Source of the DNA: Bacteroidota bacterium
GTDB taxonomy: Bacteria > Bacteroidota > Rhodothermia > Rhodothermales > UBA10348
Length of the DNA: 64,000 bases
Direction of reading: 5' to 3'
NCBI GenBank assembly: GCA_022567305.1
Contig: JADFHF010000015.1
Span: 1 to 64,000 of the forward strand
Below the pieces are notes generated by a model. It was not told where the DNA came from. It saw nothing but the letters and a program-made list of their open reading frames with translations, and ran no database searches. A program made the translations under genes and the position numbers. Of the stretch, positions 1-9,703 are shown piece by piece; the stretch's first letter is position 1, and each line of letters starts with the position of its first letter.

Positions 1-467
1 GTGCTCCAAGCTCATGCCCATAATCAAATATTGCGGTTCCGCCAACAAAGCTCCATCCACCGCTTCCCTCAACCCGCCTAAAAACTGTTTTTTATACTCC
101 ATTAAATCCTCTTCAGTTTTCAACTGCGGCTTCCGGGTCAAGACGTTGGCAGTGTGAAGGCCGACTCCTTTTAATCCGTCCGGTCCTTGGTTCCTGAAAA
201 TAATGCTCCAAAGTTCGTGCTCCATACTGGTATTCGTTGCAGGAATAAACAGCCCGAACTTCCTCTTAAAGCTCCTTACATCAGGATATCCCCAAGAAGA
301 ATCAATTTCGCCGAAGTCTTCGGCTTTTTTCCCATTGTGAATGACGCCGGGAGGCGCTAGAGAGGGCATGGGTGGGACATTCACATTGGGAATGGTGATC
401 TTTTTTCGGGACAATTTGCCAATAATAGTCTGGGCTCCTCGGTAGTTTGTTTTCTCGTGTTCATTCA
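1..467 (-). CDS. Asp/Glu/hydantoin-racemase superfamily protein (maleate isomerase / arylmalonate decarboxylase-like); 3' end runs off the window
   Basis: Reverse-strand translation from ATG at 465-467 gives MNEHEKTNYRGAQ...KFGLFIPATNTSMEHELWSII...LIMGMSLEH with no stop before the window edge. The GxxIPxxNTxxExE N-terminal motif is typical of this superfamily. It is absent from the ORF track because it is truncated at the edge. Confidence 0.5.
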
Positions 468-555
468 TTCCCCTGTTCCTCATTTATACATAACGGATCG
501 GCGACTCCATGTGATAGTTCAAAGCCGCAGTCAGATATAAATTTAAGAGATTAAC

Positions 556-954
556 ATGGACAACGAACGCAGAAAATTTCTCGCCATTTTCTCCACTCTT
601 TCTATTGCTTCCTTTATCCCGCACAACCGATCACAAAAAAACACGTCAAACATGTATGGTTTAATTAGCAAGATTAAGGTTGCTACTGGCAAGCGCGAAA
701 AATTAGCTTCAATTCTCCTTGGCGGTATTTCTGGAATGCCAGGCTGTCTCAGCTACGTTGTAGCAGCAGACACAACCGAAGAAGATGCAATATGGACCAC
801 AGAGGTTTGGGATAGCAAGGCTAGTCATGAAGCCTCGCTTTCATTACCCTCCGTTCAGGAGGCCATTACACTTGGTAGGCCGCTAATCGTTGGTTTTGAT
901 GCCCGGCATGAAACAGAGCCATATGGAGAATTAGAACTTGGTTCGCCTGATTGA
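556..954 (+). CDS. ABM (antibiotic-biosynthesis-monooxygenase-like / Dabb) domain protein with Tat-like N-terminus (RRKFLA)
   Basis: 132-aa ORF. About 100 aa from MYGLISKIKVATGKREKL... resemble the ABM ferredoxin-like fold family. The N-terminal RRKFLAIFSTLSIASF resembles a twin-arginine signal. Confidence 0.45.
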   Translation: MDNERRKFLAIFSTLSIASFIPHNRSQKNTSNMYGLISKIKVATGKREKLASILLGGISGMPGCLSYVVAADTTEEDAIWTTEVWDSKASHEASLSLPSVQEAITLGRPLIVGFDARHETEPYGELELGSPD

Positions 955-1074
955 TCGGTGCAGACCATTTTATATTTTCGTAAATCTTCAAGTATTTTTG
1001 GGACGAAACTGCGCCCCCTTTTTCGTAGTGGTTCAGGAGCCTACCCAGCCAGTCTACTCCCTCACACCGGGCTG

Positions 1075-1172
1075 TCGACCTAGCAAACCCTGCGGACATG
1101 AGAACAACCCGCATTTACGACAGACGTGATCGGATTATACGACGGACGTCAGTTGAGCGGATCGTCTATTAA
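1075..1172 (+). pseudogene. 3' remnant (about 32 codons) of a tyrosine recombinase/integrase gene
   Basis: The frame reads ...LANPADMRTTRIYDRRDRIIRRTSVERIVY* and is about 78% nt-identical to the 3' end of the integrase fragment at 5589-5852. The upstream frame is closed at 1026-1028, so only the C-terminal catalytic-Tyr region survives. Confidence 0.5.
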
Positions 1173-1427
1173 ACGAGTTTCGAAGTTCCTGCCCTACTGC
1201 GAAATAACGTCCGGTCTGCGGACTTCCAGGCGAGAGACGCGGGGCTTCGTCCCCGTTTCTCTTTCGACGCTTCGATAAACCTACATTTTCGGAACGACGA
1301 AAATCGTGGTTGGACGAGTGACCTCACCGATCGCGAGTGCGTACCGAGATAGTCTCCCGACTCACAGCGCGGCAATTAGCGGAAACCGAATTAACGCGTA
1401 GGTTTTCTCCTACATTGCTTAGTTATG

Positions 1428-1922
1428 CTACTTTTCTTCATTTAAAGTGTATTCAAATTCGTACGAGTGCTTGCCTTCAGATTGATTAATTTGCATTGTT
1501 CCAGATATGCCTTCTAATTCTCCGGTTCCGGAGTCAGGCACAACATTTACCTCTAAAGACGATGTTCCACGATTCATAATTCCCGTATGCAGGAGTGTAA
1601 ACGAACCATGTTTTTCTTGAATGCTCCCATTAAATACCTCAATCGCAACGTAACCCGCTGAACCTTCGATCTCAGTACGTTTACTTAACATCTGCCCTTG
1701 ACCGGAGCCATCAAGACCCCCACGATAGGTTTTGCTAATTAACATTCTACCTACATTGATCTCATCTTCTGTTTGCGGCGAAAGTTGAAGTTCAAAAGCC
1801 CCTGTGACAACCATTGTCTCCCCATGTTTATTATTATCTCTAATGTTTACAGCAATATAAAAGCTCATAAGAATTAAACTTGTTAACCCAAAACCAATCC
1901 ATCCAAATTTATTTTTCAGCAT
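1428..1922 (-). CDS. DUF3224 domain protein with N-terminal TM helix
   Basis: 164 aa. The motifs FELQLSPQ, GSAGYVAIE, GSFTLLHTG and VVPDSGTGELEGISG match my memory of the DUF3224 family. Confidence 0.5.
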   Translation of the reverse strand: MLKNKFGWIGFGLTSLILMSFYIAVNIRDNNKHGETMVVTGAFELQLSPQTEDEINVGRMLISKTYRGGLDGSGQGQMLSKRTEIEGSAGYVAIEVFNGSIQEKHGSFTLLHTGIMNRGTSSLEVNVVPDSGTGELEGISGTMQINQSEGKHSYEFEYTLNEEK

Positions 1923-2226
1923 TTTCTATCTCTGAAGAATTTTTAGCATAACGCCGAGACCACCTGACGACACCTTGATGCTCTCCCAGCGTCCTTTGAA
2001 TGCCTCTTCCTGGGCTTGTGCGGGCTCAGAGCAGATCACAAGTAAAGAGACGCCGAATCACTTCATACTCAGATTACCGAGGAGACTACCTTTCACCCAT
2101 GCCTCACGCTGAGCAAAGGTATAAAGCTCGCTGCCATCTCGTTCGAAAAGAACACTGAGAAACTGAGTTCCTGTGTGGCCTAAAATTTCGCTCACTTAGT
2201 TCTACCACAGATTTATCGATAAGTCC

Positions 2227-2712
2227 ATGAAAACCCTTCGAATAGCTGTGCGAGTTGTGCTCGCCTCTCTCTTTCTGCTTCCGTTTTCAACCGGTATCTC
2301 GATCGCTCAACAGAATGGTCCTGCACCGCCTGATTTTCTTGTGACGCTGCCATCCAGCTTCGACTTCGATGACACGGTCGACATTCTAAAAGGTGCTATT
2401 GAACAAGAAAACTTGATGGTCGTCCACGAAATCGATGCGCAGCGAATGCTACGAATGGTAGAGGTCCAGACCGGTGGGATGAAACAAATCCTGTTTTTTC
2501 ACCCCCGGTATATGAAGCGCATCATCGAATCGAACCGACACGGTGCAATCGTTCCTCCGCTGAAAATTGCCGTGATGGAAATGCCGGATGGCCGAGTCAT
2601 GGTTCGCTATGACCGTCCGACACATCTATTCGAAGCGTATGACGGGCTTTCGGAATTGGCCGCCGAGCTAGAAGGTGTTATTCAGCAAATACTCGACGAG
2701 ATTAAAGACTAA
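2227..2712 (+). CDS. DUF302 domain protein, signal peptide
   Basis: 161 aa with N-terminal signal MKTLRIAVRVVLASLFLLPFSTGISIAQQ. The core SSFDFDDTVDILKGAI...VHEIDAQRML...LKIAVMEMPDGRVMVRYDRP resembles DUF302 (PF03625). Confidence 0.5.
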   Translation: MKTLRIAVRVVLASLFLLPFSTGISIAQQNGPAPPDFLVTLPSSFDFDDTVDILKGAIEQENLMVVHEIDAQRMLRMVEVQTGGMKQILFFHPRYMKRIIESNRHGAIVPPLKIAVMEMPDGRVMVRYDRPTHLFEAYDGLSELAAELEGVIQQILDEIKD

Positions 2713-2744
2713 TCCTTGATGCTGAGATAACGAGTAGAGTTGCG

Positions 2745-3473
2745 ATGAAAGACCGGAAACGAGCGATTGTAATCCTCCTCGCGTTTATCGCGGGAGGCGT
2801 TGTGCCGATTCAGCTAGTTACGCTTTCCTTCGGCTATGCACAGTACGTAAAAGCGGTTTCTCTCGGCCCGAAGGTCATTATCACGGCACACGATTTCGCG
2901 GCGTACTATGTGCCATTTATCTATGTGCCCGCGCTTCTTCTTCTCGCAGGTATTGCTTGGTATTCACGTAAACAATACCCAGATGTTTTTCGGCGAATTA
3001 TGGTCGGTCTGGGTGTGGGTGTCCTGGCGACAGTATCGCTCGACTTCTTCCGCGAGATGGGAGTTATTAACAGTTGGCTCCCAGGAGATACGCCAAACAT
3101 GTTCGGCAAGATGACGACGGGCAGCAACAATTTTTCATACTTCTACCCAGTAGGAGTTTTTGTTCACTTCATGAATGGGGCCAGCTTCGGCCTCTTCTAT
3201 ACCTTCGTCTGGGGGAGGCGAAGCACGTTTAGATCGGCGCTTCTATGGGCCACATCCTGGGCACTCGTCATGGAGCTTGGTATGATGACCCTCCCTCCCA
3301 TGGCTCCGATGGTAGGTGCATTCGGCACCCGATTCGCCTGGCCTCAACTGTTTCTCCTGACACTGGCCGCACACATCGCTTACGGTATTACACTGGGACT
3401 CCTCTCACAGTACTTCCTCAAATCAGAAGACAAGGGCGGGCTCTTCCGTTTTCTTCGGGGCTCCCCGTCCTGA
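2745..3473 (+). CDS. Hypothetical polytopic membrane protein (about 6 TM)
   Basis: 242 aa, hydrophobic throughout with no recognisable motif. It sits between the DUF302 gene and merA. Confidence 0.4.
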   Translation: MKDRKRAIVILLAFIAGGVVPIQLVTLSFGYAQYVKAVSLGPKVIITAHDFAAYYVPFIYVPALLLLAGIAWYSRKQYPDVFRRIMVGLGVGVLATVSLDFFREMGVINSWLPGDTPNMFGKMTTGSNNFSYFYPVGVFVHFMNGASFGLFYTFVWGRRSTFRSALLWATSWALVMELGMMTLPPMAPMVGAFGTRFAWPQLFLLTLAAHIAYGITLGLLSQYFLKSEDKGGLFRFLRGSPS

Positions 3474-3617
3474 GCCTCAAGGTGACATTAAGTCCCCCGC
3501 GCTTCTGGTCGTAATCTTTGCTGTACTCGCTACCGACACGGTGTGCCGTCAGAAACCTTGAATAATTGTTCGTTGAACGCAAAGCGAAATTCATCTTTTA
3601 CACCGGATCGGGGAGAG

Positions 3618-5429
3618 CTACCCCGCGCAGCAGGATAACTGCGCCACGTTTTTGTCGAATGCCTGCGCGGCCAGTTTGACTCCCTCAGCCAGGGTCAGGT
3701 ATGGATGGAACGTCGACGTGATGTCCTCAATCGTGAGACCGAGCTTAATGGCAAGCGCCAACTCGGTGATCATCTCGCTCCCTTCGGAGGCCAGGATGTG
3801 GGCGCCAATAATCTTCCGCGTATTTGCATCAGCCACGAGCTTTACGAAGCCGCGCGTGTCGCGCGCCGCAAGGGCGCGTGGCACATGTTCCAAAGGCAAT
3901 TCCGATGTAATGGGCAGCATCCCCTGCACCCGCGCCTCTTCCTCGCTTACTCCTACCGATGCTACCTGCGGATCGGTAAAGGTCACCTTGGGCAGCGCAG
4001 CAAGGTCAAAAGGACGCGTGTTGCCGGTAAGTGCGTTTTCCGCAGCAATGGTCCCGCCATAGGCTGCGACGTAAACGAACATAGGCTCGCCGGTCACATC
4101 ACCAGAAGCGTAGATGCTAGAATTCTCGCTCTGTAGATACTCGTTCACAACGATTTCGTCCTTCTTGCCGAGACTTACGCCAGCTTCCTCGAGTCCGAAT
4201 CCCTCGGTGTTGGCGCGTCTGCCAGTCGCCACCAGGAGCTGTTCGGCCGATACGGTTTCCACTCTTCCGTCTTCGCCGAATCGTACCATGTAACTTCCAT
4301 TTCGCTCTACACGCTCGATCGTTATCCCGGTATGGATTACCATTTCCTCGGCCGCGAGATACTCGGCCAACGCTTCTCCGATCGCCGGATCTTCAGTGGG
4401 CACGATCCTTGATAATGCCTCGAGTACGGTCACGCGCACGCCAAGTCGCAAAAACATCTGTGCGAGTTCGAGTCCGACAGAACTGGCACCGATCACAATC
4501 ATGGATGAGGGCAGCGTTTCGAGGGCCATTGCCGACGTACTGTCCAGACATCCGGCCTCTGCGAGTCCCGGTATCGGTGCAAACCATGCCGATGCCCCGG
4601 TAGCGATCAAGAGTTTCCCGGCCGTAATGTCGCGCCCGTCGGCTAATGTGATAGAATTGCCCGACGTCACAATCGCCCGCTGCTCGAAGAGAGTCACGGC
4701 TTCATATGAACTCAGGACGTCTCGGTATTTCGTCTCTCGCATTCCAGCGACCAACGCATCTTTTTCCTCGCGCACGACCGTCCAGTCCGGCCGTTCATTC
4801 GCTATCGAGATGCCCTTGAACGGATGTTGCGATCGCCGGAAGTGCGCTTCGGCTGCCCGGATTAGTGTTTTCGAGGGAATGCACCCAACGTTTACACACG
4901 TCCCACCCAGTGTGCTTGACTCGGCCATTGCAACCCGCGCCCCAAGTTCTGCAGCCCTAATCGCAGCGCCGAAAGCGGCCGATCCACCACCAACGATGAA
5001 TAGGTCAAAGTCGCCGTCGCCCCGCGAAATGGCCGTTACGGCTCCCCGGGCTGAGGATTCGCGGGTGTGCGCCTCTGCATCGGCTGTTTCGATGGACCCG
5101 TCGCCTTCCAGGCGTCCTCGGTAGTACTTGGGGGCTTTGAGAAACACTTCTTCGCAATACGGACAACCGCAATAGTGGATCTCCTCCCCCGCATACTCAA
5201 ATGTGAAGGTCAGTTCTGGTGGTTTTTCCGCCAGGCACGTCGGGCATACGATCACTTCCTTCGTTCGTCGGATGTGTTCCTCGGGATCGGTGGCAAAAAT
5301 ATCGGCGCAACCCTGGCAGCAGAAATGGTATTCTATTCCATCGTGACTCTGGGTCGGAGCCCTATCCTCACTGATTCCCAGCCTCACCAGTGAACAGCTA
5401 CACGTGGGACAAATCGTTGCTTGAATCAT
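3618..5429 (-). CDS. merA: Mercuric reductase MerA with two N-terminal TRASH/YHS-like Cys-rich modules instead of an HMA (NmerA) domain
   Basis: 603 aa. It has the FAD/NAD fold (DLFIVGGGSAAFGAA), the redox-active disulfide GGTCVNVGCIPSK and a C-terminal ...QLSCCAG Cys pair, all MerA hallmarks. The N-terminal 100 aa contain CPTC-x24-CCQGC and CPTC-x22-CGCPYC. Confidence 0.8.
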   Translation of the reverse strand: MIQATICPTCSCSLVRLGISEDRAPTQSHDGIEYHFCCQGCADIFATDPEEHIRRTKEVIVCPTCLAEKPPELTFTFEYAGEEIHYCGCPYCEEVFLKAPKYYRGRLEGDGSIETADAEAHTRESSARGAVTAISRGDGDFDLFIVGGGSAAFGAAIRAAELGARVAMAESSTLGGTCVNVGCIPSKTLIRAAEAHFRRSQHPFKGISIANERPDWTVVREEKDALVAGMRETKYRDVLSSYEAVTLFEQRAIVTSGNSITLADGRDITAGKLLIATGASAWFAPIPGLAEAGCLDSTSAMALETLPSSMIVIGASSVGLELAQMFLRLGVRVTVLEALSRIVPTEDPAIGEALAEYLAAEEMVIHTGITIERVERNGSYMVRFGEDGRVETVSAEQLLVATGRRANTEGFGLEEAGVSLGKKDEIVVNEYLQSENSSIYASGDVTGEPMFVYVAAYGGTIAAENALTGNTRPFDLAALPKVTFTDPQVASVGVSEEEARVQGMLPITSELPLEHVPRALAARDTRGFVKLVADANTRKIIGAHILASEGSEMITELALAIKLGLTIEDITSTFHPYLTLAEGVKLAAQAFDKNVAQLSCCAG

Positions 5430-5588
5430 AGCGAACCTCCAAGTGATGTTGCTCTCTCTGTATTATAAGAAATTGAGATTTGCTTCTGGGGAGGAGGCGT
5501 TATGAATTCCTTTCCCTTATAGGAGGAAATACTACTAAGTCTAGAAAATATAAATCCCCATACTAAGACCTCTCCTCTATTCCGGTCC

Positions 5589-5852
5589 ATGCCTCACAAA
5601 CAGATGTCCGCCGTTCGGCTATTGGAACGAAATGCGCTCGACATGATTAAGCGCCGTGCAAAGAAAGCCGGTCTACCGGACTGGATTGGAAATCATGTCT
5701 GCAGAGCAACCGGCATAACGAGGTTCCTCGAGGCCGGTGACACGCTGGAAGAAGCGGCCATCCTTGCGAATCATGCAGACATGAGAACAGCCCGCATCTA
5801 AGACAAGCGCGATCGGGTTATTCGATGGACGTCTGTTGAGCAGATTGTATAC
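5589..5852 (+). pseudogene. Tyrosine recombinase C-terminal catalytic-domain fragment with in-frame nonsense codon (TAC to TAA at the catalytic-Tyr position)
   Basis: The ORF reads ...NHVCRATGITRFLEAGDTLEEAAILANHADMRTARI*, then continues in-frame DKRDRVIRWTSVEQIVY*. The N-terminal two-thirds of an integrase are absent. It is paralogous to the remnant at 1075-1172. Confidence 0.55.
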
Positions 5853-5987
5853 TAATTGAGCTTGGCACTTCCTTTCGTGATCGGAAATACCGGTGCTGCA
5901 TTGAATTGCTGGTTAGTACGTGAGCTTTGCTAATTGTGATTGTTGTCCGAACAGCGTTTCTTTCAGCCGAATCCACCCGGAATCGTC

Positions 5988-6149
5988 ATGATCGGTAAAT
6001 CACTTTCGCATTATCGCATCCTCGACGAACTCGGCCCTGGCGGAATGGGTATCGTCTACAAAGCCGAGGACACGAAACTAGACAGGACGGTTGCGATCAA
6101 AGTACTATCGTCCGCCCCGCATAACTATTTCCATTATCCTGTGGCATAG
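5988..6149 (+). pseudogene. N-terminal fragment of a Ser/Thr protein kinase
   Basis: [40 protein letters not shown] (Gly-loop and VAIK Lys) is followed by unrelated sequence and a stop after about 50 codons. Confidence 0.4.
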
Positions 6150-6198
6150 CAGATCGCATGGTATGCACGTGATACGAAGACCGTTAGACTGCTAAAGC

Positions 6199-6929
6199 AT
6201 GTACATACCCGACGTCACAAGCGATATTCCATATCTGACGGTCGACCAGATGATTGAAGTGGATCGGTCAATGTTAGAAGACTATAAGATCGAACTGCTT
6301 CAAATGATGGAGAATGCCGGGCGTAGTCTGGCTCATTTGGCTCGAACGTGGTTCTTTGGAGGCAACCTCAGCGGTAAGAAAGTAACTGTTATGGTGGAAA
6401 AGGTGGCGGTGCGATGGTCTGTGCACGACGGTTATTTACCTATGGGGCGAGGGTGACCGTTTGCCTTACCAAGGCAGAAGATAGCTTCACAGGCGTTCCC
6501 GCTCATCAACTCAATATTCTTCTCCGTATGGGTCTCGATATGGCTGAAGGCGACAAAATCGGCGTCCTACTAGATCCTGATTTAATTATAGATGGCATCA
6601 TTGGTTACAGTCTTCGCGGTGCGTCGCGCGGAATCGCCGGTGATTTGATCCGTTGGGCTAATCAGAAAGACGCCCCTATCCTAGCCTTGGATGTACCTTC
6701 TGGAGTTGATGCGACGACCGGAACCGCTATTTATCCCACCATCAAGGCTGTTGCGACTATGACGCTTGCTATGCCAAAAAGGTGCTTGCGGGCCACTGGT
6801 GCCGAGGAAAGAGTGGGCGAGCTTTATTTGGCCGATCTTAGTGTACCACCAGCACTTTATACCGGACCACGCCTTGGACTTGAAGTGGGTTACATTTTCG
6901 CTGAGAGCGACATCGTCCGGTTGAAGTGA
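6199..6929 (+). pseudogene. NAD(P)H-hydrate epimerase (YjeF N-terminal domain) gene interrupted by a frameshift near 6395-6420
   Basis: ORF 6199-6456 carries ...LTVDQMIEVDRSMLEDYKIELLQMMENAGRSLA...GKKVTV. ORF 6414-6929 in another frame reads YGGKGGGAMVCARRLFTYGARVTVCL...IIDGIIGYSLRG...ILALDVPSGVD, i.e. the GxGNNGGDG-like and IxDxxxGxGL motifs of YjeF_N. Confidence 0.55.
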
Positions 6930-7072
6930 CCAATAAATAATTAGGTTTTACGTACTAGGGCGTGTTGAAGGGAACTACCCCGACCGGCGAGGTGGAAGCT
7001 TATCGCCAGACCGTTAGGCCATGCTCCATCGATCATGAAATGGATTAAAACGCAAATTCACCACGAACCAAG

Positions 7073-7561
7073 ATGAATGACATGTCGATAGACCAAAATA
7101 CTCGCCCCCCATTTCCCCCCTTTACAAGAGAAACCGCGTCCCAGAAGGTGCGAGGTGCTGAAGACGCCTGGAACACACGTGATCCTGAACGAATTACCCT
7201 CGCATATACCGTTGACAGCACTTGGAGAAACCGTGCTGAGTTTCTTTCGGGGCGAGAGGCAATTGTGCAGTTCCTCCATCGTAAATGGGCGATGGAATTA
7301 GACTACCGACTGATCAAAGAGCTATGGACCTTTAATGACTCACGAATTGCGGTACGCTTTGCCTACGAGTGGCATGACGATTCTCTCAATTGGTTTCGCT
7401 CTTATGGCAACGAAAACTGGGAGTTCGACGAGAACGGTCTTATGCGTCGTCGCATTGCGAGTATTAATGACCTCCCTATTGAGGAATCGGACCGCAAGTA
7501 CCGCTGGCCTCTGGGTCGTCGCCCGGACAAACACCAAGGGCTATCCGAGCTTGGCCTTTGA
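7073..7561 (+). CDS. DUF1348 family protein (NTF2-like fold)
   Basis: 162 aa. [43 protein letters not shown]...[31 protein letters not shown]...[18 protein letters not shown] matches the DUF1348 family as I remember it. Confidence 0.55.
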   Translation: MNDMSIDQNTRPPFPPFTRETASQKVRGAEDAWNTRDPERITLAYTVDSTWRNRAEFLSGREAIVQFLHRKWAMELDYRLIKELWTFNDSRIAVRFAYEWHDDSLNWFRSYGNENWEFDENGLMRRRIASINDLPIEESDRKYRWPLGRRPDKHQGLSELGL

Positions 7562-7660
7562 TACATTTGGCATAACGTGGCACTCCAGTGGACGCTCCCA
7601 TCGTTGCGGCTTGCGCCCAGCTCCTGTGCCGGGCACAGCGTAAGGGTCTTCCGTTACGAC

Positions 7661-8334
7661 TTATGAGTCTAATTTCTTGACTTTCCGGTCTACGAACGAC
7701 CGCATGAGCTCCGCGATCTTATGGCCATCCTCCTCGAGTGCGAAGTGCCCGGTATCCAGAATATGGACTTCAAGGTCCTCGAGGTCGCGCTCGAGGGATG
7801 GGCGCCCTCCTCCGGAAATATAGGATCGTGCTTTCCCCAGACGACGAGCGTTGGCGGCTGGTACGTGCGGAAGTATTCCTGCCATGCTGGGTAGAGCGGC
7901 GGATTGCTTCCGTAGTCATAGAACAGAGCCAGTTGAATCTCATTGTTACCCGGCCGATCCATTAGCTGCTGTACATGGTTCCATGTATCAGGGCTGATCG
8001 CCGTGGAATCTCGCACCCCGGTGAAGTACTGCCACTTGGTGGCGCCAAGCGTCAGGAGTCCCCGTAGCGGCTCGGCGTTTCCCGGTGTCTTATCCGCCCA
8101 GTATATTTTGATCGGATCCCAGAATCCAAGTAGACCCTCATCATAGGCATTCCCATTCTGAACGATCTGTGATTGGATTTTCTCGGGGTGATTAGCTGCA
8201 ATTCTGTAGCCCACAGTTGCGCCGTAGTCCATTAGGTAAATGCTGTACGACTCGAGATTCATCCTCTCGGTAAGGATCTCAACAATCTCCGATAGCCTAT
8301 CGAACGTGTAGTCGAACTCATCAACGGAGGGCAT
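7661..8334 (-). pseudogene. alpha/beta-hydrolase (epoxide hydrolase / haloalkane dehalogenase-like) gene, N-terminally truncated and frameshifted near 7860
   Basis: ORF 7690-8334 begins at the nucleophile-elbow region ([10 protein letters not shown]) and lacks the first 80-90 aa of the fold. Its last 35 aa are out-of-frame junk. The true C-terminus ([34 protein letters not shown]) is in ORF 7661-7885. The upstream space is occupied by the nuclease gene. Confidence 0.5.
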
Positions 8335-9118
8335 CGTTAAGAAGCGCCGCTAGACGGATACCTGCTTTCTTCAATTGCTCCTCTAGAGTGTGCAGATTTG
8401 TTAGGTAGTAGTCGTCTCCAATCTCTGCATCGGGTCCAACGTCGTAGATGTAATTCTCCGTGATCTGAAAGGATTCATTGGCCCAATCCTCGACGTTCTT
8501 AGAGGCCCAGAGCGTACGGTCTACTGCTGATATTCCCCCTAGCAATTGCGCCGCGTACGCTTCCCACGAGAGCATTTTGTATTCGATTAGACTTCGGTCC
8601 CAAACCTGATGCAGGTTTCGTTCCTCGCCCCAAATCGTAACGTCAGTAGAGTTGCCACCTCGGTCCTCCGCGTAGCCTACGTGGAGGGGCTGATGTAGAT
8701 CTCCGACAAAGTGACCAATGAATTTGAGGGCTTCGAGGCGAGCTGTCTCAGTTGATGCTCTGTTTTCAAGGATCGACGTCTGCTCAGTGATGGCTTTCAC
8801 TACACATAGATTATCTGCGCAGTCTCGGGTTAGATCAATTCCTTCTACTCCATGAGGCAGGTTTACATAGTGAGCCGTTACAAATCTTTCATACTGGGAT
8901 TCACGCCGAATCACATCTGCCCAGATGCAAGACTCCGAGAAGCGATCATACGCGGAGTCGCCTGAGAGCAAGGCGCGGACAGAGTTCTTTACTGCAGGTG
9001 TCAAATTTTGCCAGGCAATCTCGCAAACGATGCGGTGGCCGTCGAAGCTCCAGCTCACATCACTCAGTCCAGCATGAGACCCCTGTAGGCTATTCAGAAT
9101 TATCAGCAGAAGGATCAT
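8321..9118 (-). CDS. S1/P1 nuclease family protein, signal peptide
   Basis: 265 aa with WSFDGHRIV...HYVNLP...[12 protein letters not shown]...[19 protein letters not shown], the Zn-ligand motifs of S1/P1 nucleases. Confidence 0.7.
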   Translation of the reverse strand: MILLLIILNSLQGSHAGLSDVSWSFDGHRIVCEIAWQNLTPAVKNSVRALLSGDSAYDRFSESCIWADVIRRESQYERFVTAHYVNLPHGVEGIDLTRDCADNLCVVKAITEQTSILENRASTETARLEALKFIGHFVGDLHQPLHVGYAEDRGGNSTDVTIWGEERNLHQVWDRSLIEYKMLSWEAYAAQLLGGISAVDRTLWASKNVEDWANESFQITENYIYDVGPDAEIGDDYYLTNLHTLEEQLKKAGIRLAALLNDALR

Positions 9119-9703
9119 TCCCGACTTGTAGGCTCATCGTTGTGTATAGGCGAATCGCAAAGAAACGCGGTTCAAGTCGGAAGTGCAATTACGAGAGTCT
9201 GAGTAAACGAGTGACCAGAGGTGGGGGTGGGTGCGCCTCAGAATATCCACGGTATTTCAACCCTTAGAACATCCTCCCAGACGCCCTCATTGGCTGTCTA
9301 ACGAACGCTAGTTTTGGTGGGGTACTCCTATTTATTATTAAAGTATCACTGGAGTTAAACCATGTATACATATGGTCTTTAAGTGTTTAAACAACCATGA
9401 TATGATAATTATTAATCTGTCGATTGGCGATACCTAAACCGAGCCCGAATTGTCGCCCCTTCTTGCATTATGCCATTGTGGCTATTACACTTATGCAAAC
9501 TCGGGATTGTACTCGCTTCAAAATTTGAGACAGGGCAGTCCGTAGAATACCTGTTAGGCGTAAACGCGTGGCGTGAACGGAGTATTAGCGTTCTACGTCC
9601 GCTCTGGGCATCTTGATTGCGCAGCAGAACCAAAGATTCGTTATGCCGCTCTGGGCAAAATGTGAATGAGCCTTTTAGATACGTCTACCTATAGCGAATC
9701 TCC

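Noticed and set aside
2066-2203. About 45-codon minus-strand ORF (VSEILGHTGTQFLSVLFERDGSELYTFAQREAWVKGSLLGNLSMK) between DUF3224 and DUF302 genes
   Set aside because: It looks protein-like and may be a gene remnant, but it is too short and has no recognisable family, so it was not called.
3652-5393. Multiple 60-240-aa ORFs on the plus strand
   Set aside because: All are embedded antisense within the well-supported merA gene.
9290-9425. AT-rich patch (tttattattaaagtatcact...ataattattaatctg)
   Set aside because: No ORF, repeat or RNA motif was found. It is noted only as compositional evidence for foreign or decaying DNA, covered under the decay-zone findings.
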